NCBI RefSeq assembly: GCF_036387615.1
Contig: NZ_DASVTH010000032.1
Coordinates: 7,491 to 71,490 of the forward strand
Direction: 5' to 3'
Length of the DNA: 64,000 nucleotides
DNA from: Allosphingosinicella sp.
GTDB taxonomy: Bacteria; Pseudomonadota; Alphaproteobacteria; Sphingomonadales; Sphingomonadaceae
Position 1 is the stretch's first letter. The number at the start of each line of letters is the position of its first letter. A program made the translations under genes and the position numbers. Shown in pieces: positions 39,787 through 49,720 of the stretch. The notes under the pieces are model-generated. The model had not been told where the DNA came from, did not search any database, and worked only from the letters and a program-made list of their open reading frames with translations.

Positions 39787-42079
39787 GATCGAGCTCCGCG
39801 CGCTCGCCATCTTCGAACGGCTGGCGGAGCGGCCTGGCGACCGGCACTTGCGCGAGCGCCTGTTGCGCCGGGAAGCGGCCGAGGTTGCCGACCGCGTCTC
39901 CGCACTGGAACGCGCCAGCCAAAGCGCCCGGCGGTGGATGCCGACCGATTTCGACGGCGTTTCCGGCGAGGCGCCGCCCCCGCCCGAGCGGATCGGCCCG
40001 TTTCGACTCACCGCTCAGATCGGCGAGGGCGGTATGGGCCAGGTCTGGCGCGGCGAGCGCGACGACGGGCTCTACGATCAGGCGGTCGCGATCAAGCTGA
40101 TCCACGCTCACCTCACCCCGATCGCCGCAACGCGCTTCGCCGACGAACGCCGCATCCTTGCCCGGCTGGAGCATCCGGGCATCGCGCGGCTGATCGACGG
40201 CGGGATCGCCGAGGGCGGCCAGCCTTATCTGGTGATGGAGCTGGTCGAAGGCCGCCCGATCGACGAGGCCTGTGACGGCCAACCGTTGCGCGAGCGTGTT
40301 GCGACCTTCATCAAGGCCGCCGATGCCGTGCAGTTCGCGCACAGCCGGCTGGTTGTCCACGCCGATCTTAAGCCCTCCAACATCCTCGTTGCCGGCTCGG
40401 GCTGGGTCAAGCTGCTCGATTTCGGCATCGCCCGCCTGCTCGACGGCGATGAGCGCGCCGAGGCGCCCCAACACCCCATGACTCGCGCATATGCCAGCCC
40501 CGCGCGGGTGGCCGGCGCTGGGCCGACGATCGCCGACGATGTTTACGCGCTCGGGATGATCCTGCGCGAGCTGATCGGTGCGGCGGGCGACCGGGACCTC
40601 GACGCGATCGCCGTCAAGGCCGCCGCCGATGACGAAGCCGAGCGCTACGGCAGCGTCACCGCGCTGATCGGCGATCTTGAGCGCTGGCAGGAGCGCCTGC
40701 CAGTCACCGCTCGGCCTGCGACCCTAGGCTATCGCTCGGCGCGTTTCGTTGCGCGCCACCGACTGGGAGTTTCCGCGACTGCCGCGGCGCTGGTGCTGCT
40801 GCTCGCCACCAGCGTCGTAGCGACCCTGAGCTATTTCCGGGCAGAGCGCGCCCGTGCCGAGGCGAGCGCCCGCTTCGAGGACGCGCGCGGCACGTCCCGT
40901 TACCTGCTCTACCGGCTCTCCGACCGTCTGGAGCGCCAACCAGGCTCGCTTCCTCTGCGAGCCGAAGTCGCGCGCGTTTCACAGCATTACCTGACCCGCC
41001 TTGCTGCTAGCGAGAACGCTCCGGCCGAAGTCCGGCTGGAGGCGGCCGAAGGACTGATTCGGTTGGCGGAACGGCTGGGAGCGCCCGGGCGCCCCAGTTT
41101 CGGGCAAGGCGAGGCTGCCCGCGCCAACCTGGAGCGAGCCATCCAAGCAATTGGGGAGGATGCCAGCCCACAGGCGGCTCAGGTGAGGGCTCGAGCATTG
41201 ATTGCGCGGGCGCGGCTTGAAATGCACACGTTCAACAACCTGCCGGCGGCGAGCCAGGCGCTACACGCAGCCGCGACAATCGCCCGGTCGTCTCCCCGGC
41301 ACGAGCTCGGGGCGGACTTCCTCGTGGCCCTTGCTTCGCTGCGCATGGCACAGGGCCGCTATGCCGACACGATCCGTCACACGCGCGCCGTCCTGGACGT
41401 TCGCGTTCCACCGAACGACTATAAGGGTCTGGTGACGCAGGCCTACGCAACGGAGCTTCTGGGCGACGCAACTTATTACTCTGACCCGACGATCGGTGTG
41501 GCCAATAGCATCGCCGTTTATCGAAGGCTTATCCGCCAATGGGAAGCGATCGGCATCCGCTGGCCTGGGGATCCGCTCGCCAGCCGCCGGGTCCCGATGG
41601 CCCGATACTCGCTCGCGACCACCCTGCTTGGCCATGACCCAGCGACCGGCGCGCGGGAAGCGGAGGCGCTGCTGGCGAAAGCTTCCCGCGAGATGCGGGC
41701 GGTCAGCGAAGCTGAGCCGAGCGACCGCGAGACGGCACGTCAGTACATGGTGGTGCGGGGCGGACATGGGCAGGCGCTGGCGGCTTTGCGTCGCTTCGAT
41801 GAGGCAATCGCAATCGCGCGGGAGCTGATTGCATTCCGCCTCGAAGAATGGAGGTCGGCGCCCACCGAACCCCGTCGCCTGCGGGAGTATGCGGTAAGCA
41901 TCGCCATTCTCGCCGACATGGAGGCAGATGCGGGCCGCGAGGCGAGCGCGTGCTGGCGATACGGGAAGGTGATGCAGCTGTTCGAGCAGTTGCGGCGCAT
42001 CGACCGGCAAGTCAGGCTCGATGAGGATTATGGCGTGCGCCTCGTCCGGCAGCGGCAGGCAAGGCACTGTCGCAGCTGA
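39773..42079 (+). CDS. Membrane-anchored Hanks-type Ser/Thr kinase with extracytoplasmic TPR-like region
   Basis: GEGGMGQV, VAIK, HADLKPSN, DFG, one TM, then helical repeats. Confidence 0.92.
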   Translation: MSQAEIELRALAIFERLAERPGDRHLRERLLRREAAEVADRVSALERASQSARRWMPTDFDGVSGEAPPPPERIGPFRLTAQIGEGGMGQVWRGERDDGLYDQAVAIKLIHAHLTPIAATRFADERRILARLEHPGIARLIDGGIAEGGQPYLVMELVEGRPIDEACDGQPLRERVATFIKAADAVQFAHSRLVVHADLKPSNILVAGSGWVKLLDFGIARLLDGDERAEAPQHPMTRAYASPARVAGAGPTIADDVYALGMILRELIGAAGDRDLDAIAVKAAADDEAERYGSVTALIGDLERWQERLPVTARPATLGYRSARFVARHRLGVSATAAALVLLLATSVVATLSYFRAERARAEASARFEDARGTSRYLLYRLSDRLERQPGSLPLRAEVARVSQHYLTRLAASENAPAEVRLEAAEGLIRLAERLGAPGRPSFGQGEAARANLERAIQAIGEDASPQAAQVRARALIARARLEMHTFNNLPAASQALHAAATIARSSPRHELGADFLVALASLRMAQGRYADTIRHTRAVLDVRVPPNDYKGLVTQAYATELLGDATYYSDPTIGVANSIAVYRRLIRQWEAIGIRWPGDPLASRRVPMARYSLATTLLGHDPATGAREAEALLAKASREMRAVSEAEPSDRETARQYMVVRGGHGQALAALRRFDEAIAIARELIAFRLEEWRSAPTEPRRLREYAVSIAILADMEADAGREASACWRYGKVMQLFEQLRRIDRQVRLDEDYGVRLVRQRQARHCRS

Positions 42080-42183
42080 GTCCCGGCAGAAGTGAAAAAA
42101 TCCGAAATCAGTGGCCCCTAATCGACCCCGTTGACGCACTTGCCGTGTGAAAGCCCGGAGGAGCGGGCTTGGGGGAGGTTTCC

Positions 42184-45100
42184 ATGGCGACGATCAACGG
42201 CGGCATTGATCCGGACACGCTGAACGGCACGACCGGTTCGGACATCATCAACGGCTTTGGCGGCGACGACACGCTCGACGGCAAGGAGAGCGGCGACACA
42301 CGCTCAACGGGGGCGACGACAACGACATTTTGAAGATGTCGCACTCCGGAACCGACTTCATCAACGGCGACGCGGGATCGGATACTCTGGTCCTGGACTG
42401 GCGGGCTGCAACCGGCGGATATTTCACCTTCTCACGGCAGACCTTCACGCCAAACCCGAATGGCGGCTTCGACGGCCGATACGAGAACGTCAACGGCTAC
42501 ACCGTCAACTTCACGTCGGTCGAACATTTCGATATTACAGCGCACGACAACGATATCGGCGACCAGCTGCGGACCGGTAGCGGCAATGATCGCCTCTTCC
42601 TCCTCGGCGGCAACGACTATGTCGATGTGGGCTCCGGGCTGGAGACGGCCGACGGCGGTGCCGGCGACGACGGCATCTCGGCCGATCTGTCGGCGACCTC
42701 TACACCGATCACCTGGAACCTGCAGGCCAACAGCTATGCAGGGCCGGCCGGAACAAGCTTCACCAACTTCGAATATTTCGGGCTGTTCAGCACTGCCGCT
42801 TCCGGCGCGCTTCGGACCGGCAGCGGCGACGACACGATTGTCACGAGCCTGAATTTGCATCGCGACATCATGCACCTGGGCGGCGGCAACGACACGGCCA
42901 GCGTGTTCCGCGGCTCCGACACGGTGCACGGTGATGCCGGCAACGACACCCTGACCATCGATTGGAGTAGCTCGTCGAGCGGCTCCGCATACTTCACCTT
43001 GCACTCGTCTGGCTTCTCGCTGCTCGTAAACTCGGCTGGCGGCTTTGACGGCTTTTACGACAATATCAACGGATCGAGGGTGACGTTCACCTCGATCGAC
43101 CACTTCCACATCACCGCGCATGACAACAATATCGGTGATCAACTCCGCACCGGCAGCGGCAATGACCGCGTGTTCCTCCTCGGCGGCAACGACTACGTCG
43201 ACGTGGGTTCCGGACTGGACACGGCCGATGGGGGCGCCGGCATCGATGGCATCTCGGTCGACCTGTCGACCACCTCGGCCCCGGTCATCTGGGATCTTCA
43301 GAAGAACAGCTATGCAGGCCCGGCGGGAACAAGCTTCACCAACTTCGAATATTTCGGGCTGTTCAGCACTGCCGCTTCCGGCGCGCTTCGGACCGGCAGC
43401 GGCGACGACACGATCGTCACGAGCTTGGAATCCCAGCGGGACATCATGCACCTGGGAGGCGGCAACGACACGGCCAGCGTGTTCCGAGGCTCCGACACGG
43501 TGCACGGGGATGCCGGCGACGACACTCTGATCATTGATTGGAGCAGTTCCTCAAGCGGCTCTGCCTATTTCACGACTTCCCGCCACAGTCTAAGCGTCAG
43601 CTCGAACGGCGGCTTCGACGGCTTCTACGACAACGTCAACGGGTCAACGGTCACCTTCACGTCCATCGAACATTTCCACATCACTGCGCATGACAACAAT
43701 CTTGGCGACGACATCAGGACGGCGGGCGGCAACGACCGGGTGACGGCCCTCGGCGGCAACGATCGGGTAAATGTCGGCGCGGGCGATGACGTCGTGACCG
43801 GCGGCGCAGGCAACGACACGCTGATCGGAGAAGCGGGCAGCGACACGGCCGTGTTCAGTGGCAAGCGCTCCGACTACCGGATCACCTACAACGACACCAG
43901 CAAGACCTATTTCGTCAGCGACCAGCGCGCGGGCGCGCCGGACGGGACCGACTCGCTGTTCGAGTTCGAGTTCGTTCAGTTTTCGGACGGCATCCGCGGG
44001 CTCGGCCAAGGCGCGAGCGCCGGAATGCTTAGCGACGTGATCATCCGGCCTGAGCATGACGGGAGCCGAGCGACCTTGGTCGAGTCGGTCAACGCGTTCC
44101 ATTTGGACGTTGCTGCCCTTGAGGGTGGCGGCTTCGCAATGCTTTCGTCAGATTTCATCAACGAGGACGGCGAGTCGGTCTATCGCATCCGCTTGTTCAA
44201 CGATGAGCGGCAACAGGTTGGGGAGCCGATTCAGCTTAGCACCACACAGCATTCCCCTCAGCCCCACATCACGGCTTTGTCGAACGGCCGTTTTGCAGTG
44301 ACTTATACGATCGATCACCCGGTCGACAGGGCCGATGTGATCATCATCACCCGCATCTTCGAGGCGGACGGCGCCGAGGTTGGAGAGCCGAAGACGGTCG
44401 ACAATTCACAAGCCGAGGACCGGACGCTGATCGACGTGGAGGGGTTGTCCGACGGCAGCTACGTCGTGGTCTGGTCGGAAGGGATCATCGAACAGCAGAC
44501 GACCTATGGCCAGCGTTACGCTCCGACTGGAGAAACCATCGGCCAAAGCTTCACCCTGGCGGGAGCCAAGGAGTCTGTTGGAGACATCGAAGCGCTGCCC
44601 GACGGGAAGTTCGTCATTTCCTACACGACGCAGTTCGTGGATCGCGACGCGCTGAAGATCTACCCCCTGCAGGGCTTCGTCCGGCTGTTCTCTAACGATG
44701 GGACTCCGGCGACACAGTCTATCGCGGTGACGGAACCGACCGCCAGCCCTTTCGCTGCCGAGATCGCTGCCCTGGACAATGGCGGGTTCGCAATCGCCTA
44801 TCGGCAGGACCAAGGCGCAATCCATGTCCAGGTGTTTGACGCAGCCGGCCAGAGGGTTGCGAACGACGCGGTCGTCACGACCTTGTCGCAGATCGATCTC
44901 GACGGAATCCGCGCGGTGCAAGGCGGTTTCCTGGTTTACGGGTTCAGCCCCCACCACAATTTCATCGGCCAGCAATTTACCGCGGAGGGAGAGCTCGTCG
45001 GGGCGGGTTTCGACATCACTCCGCGCGACGACCGTGAACGGCAATCCGAGGCGATCGGCAAGGCAGGCTTCGTCGAGCTGGCCGATGGGCGCCTCCTGGT

Positions 45101-48100
45101 GGTGTATCCCGATTACCCGAGGGTGTCGCAAGTCGATGATGCCGGGGAGATCGTGTTCGACTTCGACAGCACCAGCTTGATCAACTCGACCGTCCTGACG
45201 GCGCAGTTGGCCATTCCCGGTACGCAGAACAACAACATCCTCACGGGGTCGATCGGCGATGATCGGCTGACAGGGCTGGACGGCAATGACGACCTGTTCG
45301 GGAAGGGTGGCGACGACGTTCTGATCGGCGGTCCGGGCGCGGACAAGCTGGACGGCGGCGCCGGAACCGACACGGCCAGCTATCTGGGGTCGTCAGGCAT
45401 CAATCTTTCGCTGTCCAACCCTGCCGCCAATTCTGGCGATGCGGCCGGCGATACGTTCAACGGAATCGAACGCTTCGTCGGCTCGGAGTTCCAGGACATC
45501 ATGGCCGGCGACGATACGGCCAATCATTTCGACGGCGCCGCTGGCGACGATTTCCTCTTCGGCTTGAGCGGGAACGACACGCTGATTGGCGCGCTTGGCG
45601 ACGATGTTCTGGAAGGGGGGCGCCGGAGCCGACCATCTGGATGGCGGCATCGGGATCGACTCGGCAAGCTATGTGGGAGCGGCAAGCGGGGTCACGGTCG
45701 ACCCCGTCAACCCGGCCCTCAATACCGGAGATGCCGCCGGGGACACGTATCGTTCCATCGAAGGCGTGCTCGGCACTGCCTTTGGCGATCACATCAGTGG
45801 CGGTGACGGACTGAACCGGTTCGAGGGCGGGGGCGGCAACGATCACCTGGACGGCCGCGGCGGGAAGGACGCGCTGTTCGGGGGCGATGGCGACGACACG
45901 CTGATCGGCGGCGCGGGCGATGATGTCCTAAATGGCGGGGAGGGCGCCGACACACTGGACGGTGGCGATGGATCCGACACCGCGACTTATGCCGATGCAG
46001 CAGAGTTCGTGAACATCGATCTGGAAGCGCTGGAGAAGCGAGCCGGGCCGCCAAGCCAGACACGCTCATCTCGATCGCGAACCTCGTCGGCACCACTTAC
46101 GACGATACGCTGCGCGGTGATGGAGCGAACAATCTTCTGATCGGGGGCGCTGGCGATGACCGCATCAACGCCCGGGGCGGCGACGACACGATCGAGGGAG
46201 GGGAAGGTGACGACAAGATCGCCGGCGGCGATGGCACCGACACCTTCCTCGTCAGCGGCCGCTTCCAGGACTACGAGATCACCGCAACCCAGACCCATGT
46301 GCGGGTGCGCGACAAGCGCGAAGGCTCGCCGGATGGCACCGACATCCTGGTCGGCATGGAGAAGATCAGCTACGGGACTCCCTCCACATCCGGTTTCGTT
46401 ATCGACGATCTTCCCCCGCTCGCGCCGCCGGTGCAGGTGCAGCCCGGCAAGACTTACGATCTTTCCGAGAATACCGGCTTTGTCGGCACCGCGCAGGAGC
46501 TCAACCTCACCAGCTTCGCCTTTGGGGGCGAGAGCGCGGCCAAGGCGACGTTCGAGGGCGTGTTCTTCAACGTGCTCGGCTCCGTCCTGAACCCGCTCGC
46601 GGCCGCGCTGAAGATCGGGTCGATCAAGATCAGCCTCGACACGAATGGGGACGGCGCCGCCGACACGCTGTTCACGATCGAAGATCCGGTCCGCAACCTC
46701 AGCTTCGAGATTACTAGCGATGGAACGGACTCGAAGATCATCCTGCACGAGCTCACCTCGTCCACGGCCGGTGCGGACACGATCACGGGCACCGACAATC
46801 CCGACTATCTGGATGGCCTTGCCGGGGACGATACGTTGAACGGCGGCGGCGGCTCGGATGCTCTCGCTGGCGGCGCGGGCTCCGACACCCTGTCCGGCGG
46901 CGCGGGCCGGGACGATCTGAGCGGTGGCGACGGTGCCGACCTGCTGGACGGCGGCGCCGAAGCCGATACCATGAAGGGCGGCGCCGGAAGCGACCTGTAT
47001 CTCGTGGATGATGTTGGCGACGTGGTGATCGAGGCCGCGGGCGAAGGTATTCGGGACGAGGTCCGCACCACGCTCGGCAACTATGCGCTGCCGGATGACG
47101 TCGAGGTGTTGACCTACACCGGCTCCTCGGGCGCGAGCGGACTTCGGGGCAATGCCGGGAACAACCTGATCACCGGTTCCTCGCTCGGTGACCTGATCTT
47201 CTTGAACCAGGGCGGCGATGACAGCGCTTCTGGCGGTGCTGGCGATGACGGTTTTTATTTCGGCGCGGCGTTTACGGGCGCCGACTCGGTGGATGGCGGC
47301 AAAGGGGCGCTCGACCAGATCGGCTTGCAGGGCGACTATTCCGCGGGAGTGACGTTCGGGGGCGGCAACGTCAATGGCATCGAGCAGATCGTGCTGTTGC
47401 CGGGTTCGAACTCGCGCTTCGGCGACACGTCCGGCGGCTCCTACAGCTACGATTTCGCCTGGAGCGGCGGCCTTGGCGTGGGGCAGCGGCTGGTGGTCAC
47501 CGCCAACACGTTGCGCCTTGGCGAAAATCTGACCTTCGACGGTTCGGCCGAGAAGAACGGCTTCTTCCTCGTCTATGGCGGCCACGGCATCGACACCCTG
47601 ACCGGCGGGGCCGGCGACGACGGCTTCTTCTTCGGGCGCGACGGTCGGTTTGGGCCGGACGACAAGCTCGATGGCGGCGCCGGCTCGCTCAACCAGCTTG
47701 GGCTCCAGGGCGACTACACCGGCCAGTTCGCGATTGTGTTCGGGGCCGATCAACTGACGAACATCGAGCAGATCGTGCTCCTGACCGGCGGCGACACGCG
47801 CTTCGGAGGTGGCGGCAGCGGCTACAGCTACGATCTCACCATCAACGACGGTAACCTGGTCGCCGGCGGAACCCTGGTTATCACCGCCAACCGACTGGCC
47901 GCGCACGAGACGCTGACCTTTGACGGCTCGGCCGAGACGGACGGCCGCTTCCGCATCTTCAGCGGAAACGGCGCCGATACGATCATCGGTTGCGCGGGCG
48001 CAGACGAGATCCACGGCCGGGGCGGCGTCGACCGGATCAACGGCGGCGCGGGCGCCGATCGGATCATCGGCGGGCTGGGCGGCGACTTCCTGACCGGCGG

Positions 48101-48470
48101 CGACGGCGACACGTTCGTCTACGCGACGGCCGCCGAGTCGACGGGTCTGGGCTTCGACACTCTGATCGGGTTCGACTTCCAGGTCGACCGGGTCGACCTG
48201 CCGGGCGACGCGCCTGCTTTTTCCGATGTCGTGAAAGGTGCGCCGCTTGCACAGGCGACGTTTGACATCGACCTTGCGGCCGCGCTCGACGGGCTGCTCG
48301 GCGCAGGCGAGGCGGCGGTGCTGGTTGCGGGCCAAGGCGATTATGCGGGCCGGACCTTCGGCATCGTCGATGCGAACGGGGTGGCCGGCTACCAGGCCGG
48401 CGAGGATTATGTGTTCGAACTCGTCGATCCCGTCGTCCCGCCCGACCCCACTACCGACTTCTTCATCTAG
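42184..48470 (+). pseudogene. Large RTX/hemolysin-type Ca-binding repeat protein (about 2,100 aa) with three frameshifts
   Basis: RBS plus ATG (MATINGG..); continuous GGxGxD repeats across frame changes near 42296, 45615-45620 and ~46045, joining ORFs 42330-45806, 45586-46140 and 46299-48470. Confidence 0.85.
42330..43800 (+). repeat. Tandem 576/570-bp (about 190-aa) internal repeat, about 2.5 copies
   Basis: GGFDG motif at 42462, 43038 and 43608; 42750-42838 is identical to 43326-43414. Confidence 0.9.
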
Positions 48471-48499
48471 GCGGCTGGGAAGCAGGGAGAAAGAGATAC

Positions 48500-48690
48500 G
48501 GCCTGGATCAACCTCGCCGATGAAGCGCCACTACGTCATCACAAGCATCGTCAGTGCCGATCGGACCGTCTTCAACATCAAGGGCAACGATTACCGGCTG
48601 GTGGTGGCAGTTGACCTAAGAAGGCGATTGCCTGGATCAAATGGTTCGCAGGCGCAAGGATCATGGTCGCATCCACGTGAAGGAGGTTGA
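48500..48690 (+). pseudogene. higB: HigB toxin remnant
   Basis: SIVSADRTVFNIKGNDYRLVVAVD, then frameshifted AWIKWF; N-terminus missing. Confidence 0.8.
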
Positions 48691-48692
48691 GC

Positions 48693-49070
48693 ATGGCAAC
48701 TGAGCTGAAAACCATCCGCAGCGAGGCGGACGATGATGCGCGATGGAGGAGTCCGCCGCGCTTTGGGTGCGAAGAGCGGCACTCGCGAGGCGATCGGCTT
48801 GACCCGCTCGTGACCTTGATCGACGCTTATGAAGCCACGCATCATGCGATGGACGCTCCCGACCCTGTCGAGGCGATCAAGTTCCGCATTGAGCAGCAGG
48901 GCCTGACCCCTCACGACCTTGAAGGCGCGATTGGCACCCGCACGCAAATCGCGGAGGTTCTGAATCGCAGGCGCGGCCTCTCCATCCACACGATCCGGCG
49001 CTTGCACAGCAAGCTCGGGAACCCCGCAAAGGTGCTGATTCGCCCTTGGCTGCAAGGAAGCAGCCTGTGA
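48693..49070 (+). CDS. higA: HigA antitoxin (HTH), possibly degenerate
   Basis: LKTIRSEAD, LVTLIDAYE, PDPVEAIKFRIEQQGL, EVLNRRRGLS..IRRLH. Confidence 0.82.
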   Translation: MATELKTIRSEADDDARWRSPPRFGCEERHSRGDRLDPLVTLIDAYEATHHAMDAPDPVEAIKFRIEQQGLTPHDLEGAIGTRTQIAEVLNRRRGLSIHTIRRLHSKLGNPAKVLIRPWLQGSSL

Positions 49071-49092
49071 AGGCTTTCCCTAACAGGAAAGG

Positions 49093-49395
49093 TGGTGCGG
49101 ACGGCGGGACTTGAACCCGCACTCCCGTTCGAGAAGCAGATTTTCTTACCACTTCGACTTTCGCCGCCGCCCGCAACAGGCGTTCGTGGTCTGGACTATC
49201 CCTTCGCCTTAGCCATCAGGCCGTAGGCGCCGCCCGTCTAGTCTCTACACCTTCCCGGCCGGAAGCCGGGCTTGGCTCGGGATCGGCAAGGTTTGGCACC
49301 CCAGCTTTCCCCGAATTTGAGCGGTTCTACTCCGAGCGTTTCCCCCCGGGCACTCCTGTGAAGTCTGCTGCGTCTACCGATTTCGCCACGTCCGC
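49093..49395 (-). tRNA. tRNA-Leu(UAA) with group I intron (exons 49361-49395 and 49093-49144)
   Basis: Spliced 87-nt cloverleaf GCGGACGTGGCGAAATCGGTAGACGCAGCAGACTT|AAAATCTGCTTCTCGAACGGGAGTGCGGGTTCAAGTCCCGCCGTCCGCACCA. Confidence 0.93.
49145..49360 (-). ncRNA. Group I self-splicing intron (trnL/IC3-like), 216 nt, no ORF
   Basis: P AAATTCGGGGAAA, Q GATCCCGAGCCAAG, R GGTGTAGAGACTAGACGG, S AAGGGATAGTCCA; P7 GACTA/TAGTC; P1 with U.G at the 5' splice site; terminal G. Confidence 0.92.
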
Positions 49396-49588
49396 ATTGC
49401 CGGCGTAGTGCCACAGCGCAGGCTTTCGCGCGATGGCTTGTTTTGGCTCAAGCGCCGGGCTCTTGCCTCCCCGCGGACCCTTCGAGCACGTCAGAGCATA
49501 CTGCCTGACTGCGGCCGCCAACTAAGTCATTGCTAGGGGAACGAGGATTCGGCGCAAAAAGTCGGCGTCACGCGAGAAAACAGTTTTC

Positions 49589-49623
49589 AAGTCTCCGGCG
49601 TCTACCGGTTCCGCCACGTCCGC
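49589..49623 (-). pseudogene. Orphan 5' half of tRNA-Leu; right att junction of the island
   Basis: Minus strand GCGGACGTGGCGGAACCGGTAGACGCCGGAGACTT followed by non-tRNA sequence. Confidence 0.9.
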
Positions 49624-49720
49624 GCTGACGCCCTGCTAGCCTTGGCCGCACTGCCCGCGAAGGGGAAATCCGCGCAAACGCTCAATGCGGGTCGAGGACC
49701 CCTCAATGAGCTGGCATCGC

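Larger units (their letters stand above)
38665..49588. mobile_element. Decaying integrative island inserted in the tRNA-Leu anticodon loop
   Basis: Bounded by complementary tRNA halves sharing a CTT core; integrase remnant at the left end; IHF-like sites near both ends; TA remnant and frameshifted cargo. Confidence 0.85.

Noticed and set aside
42330-43800. CRISPR array or DGR template/variable repeat
   Set aside because: The repeats are long, in-frame and coding, and no spacers, cas genes or reverse transcriptase are present
38665-49588. The whole island as one giant group I intron joining the orphan tRNA halves
   Set aside because: There is no internal guide sequence after the orphan 5' half and no terminal G before the orphan 3' half, and the only ribozyme core is fully accounted for by the 216-nt intron
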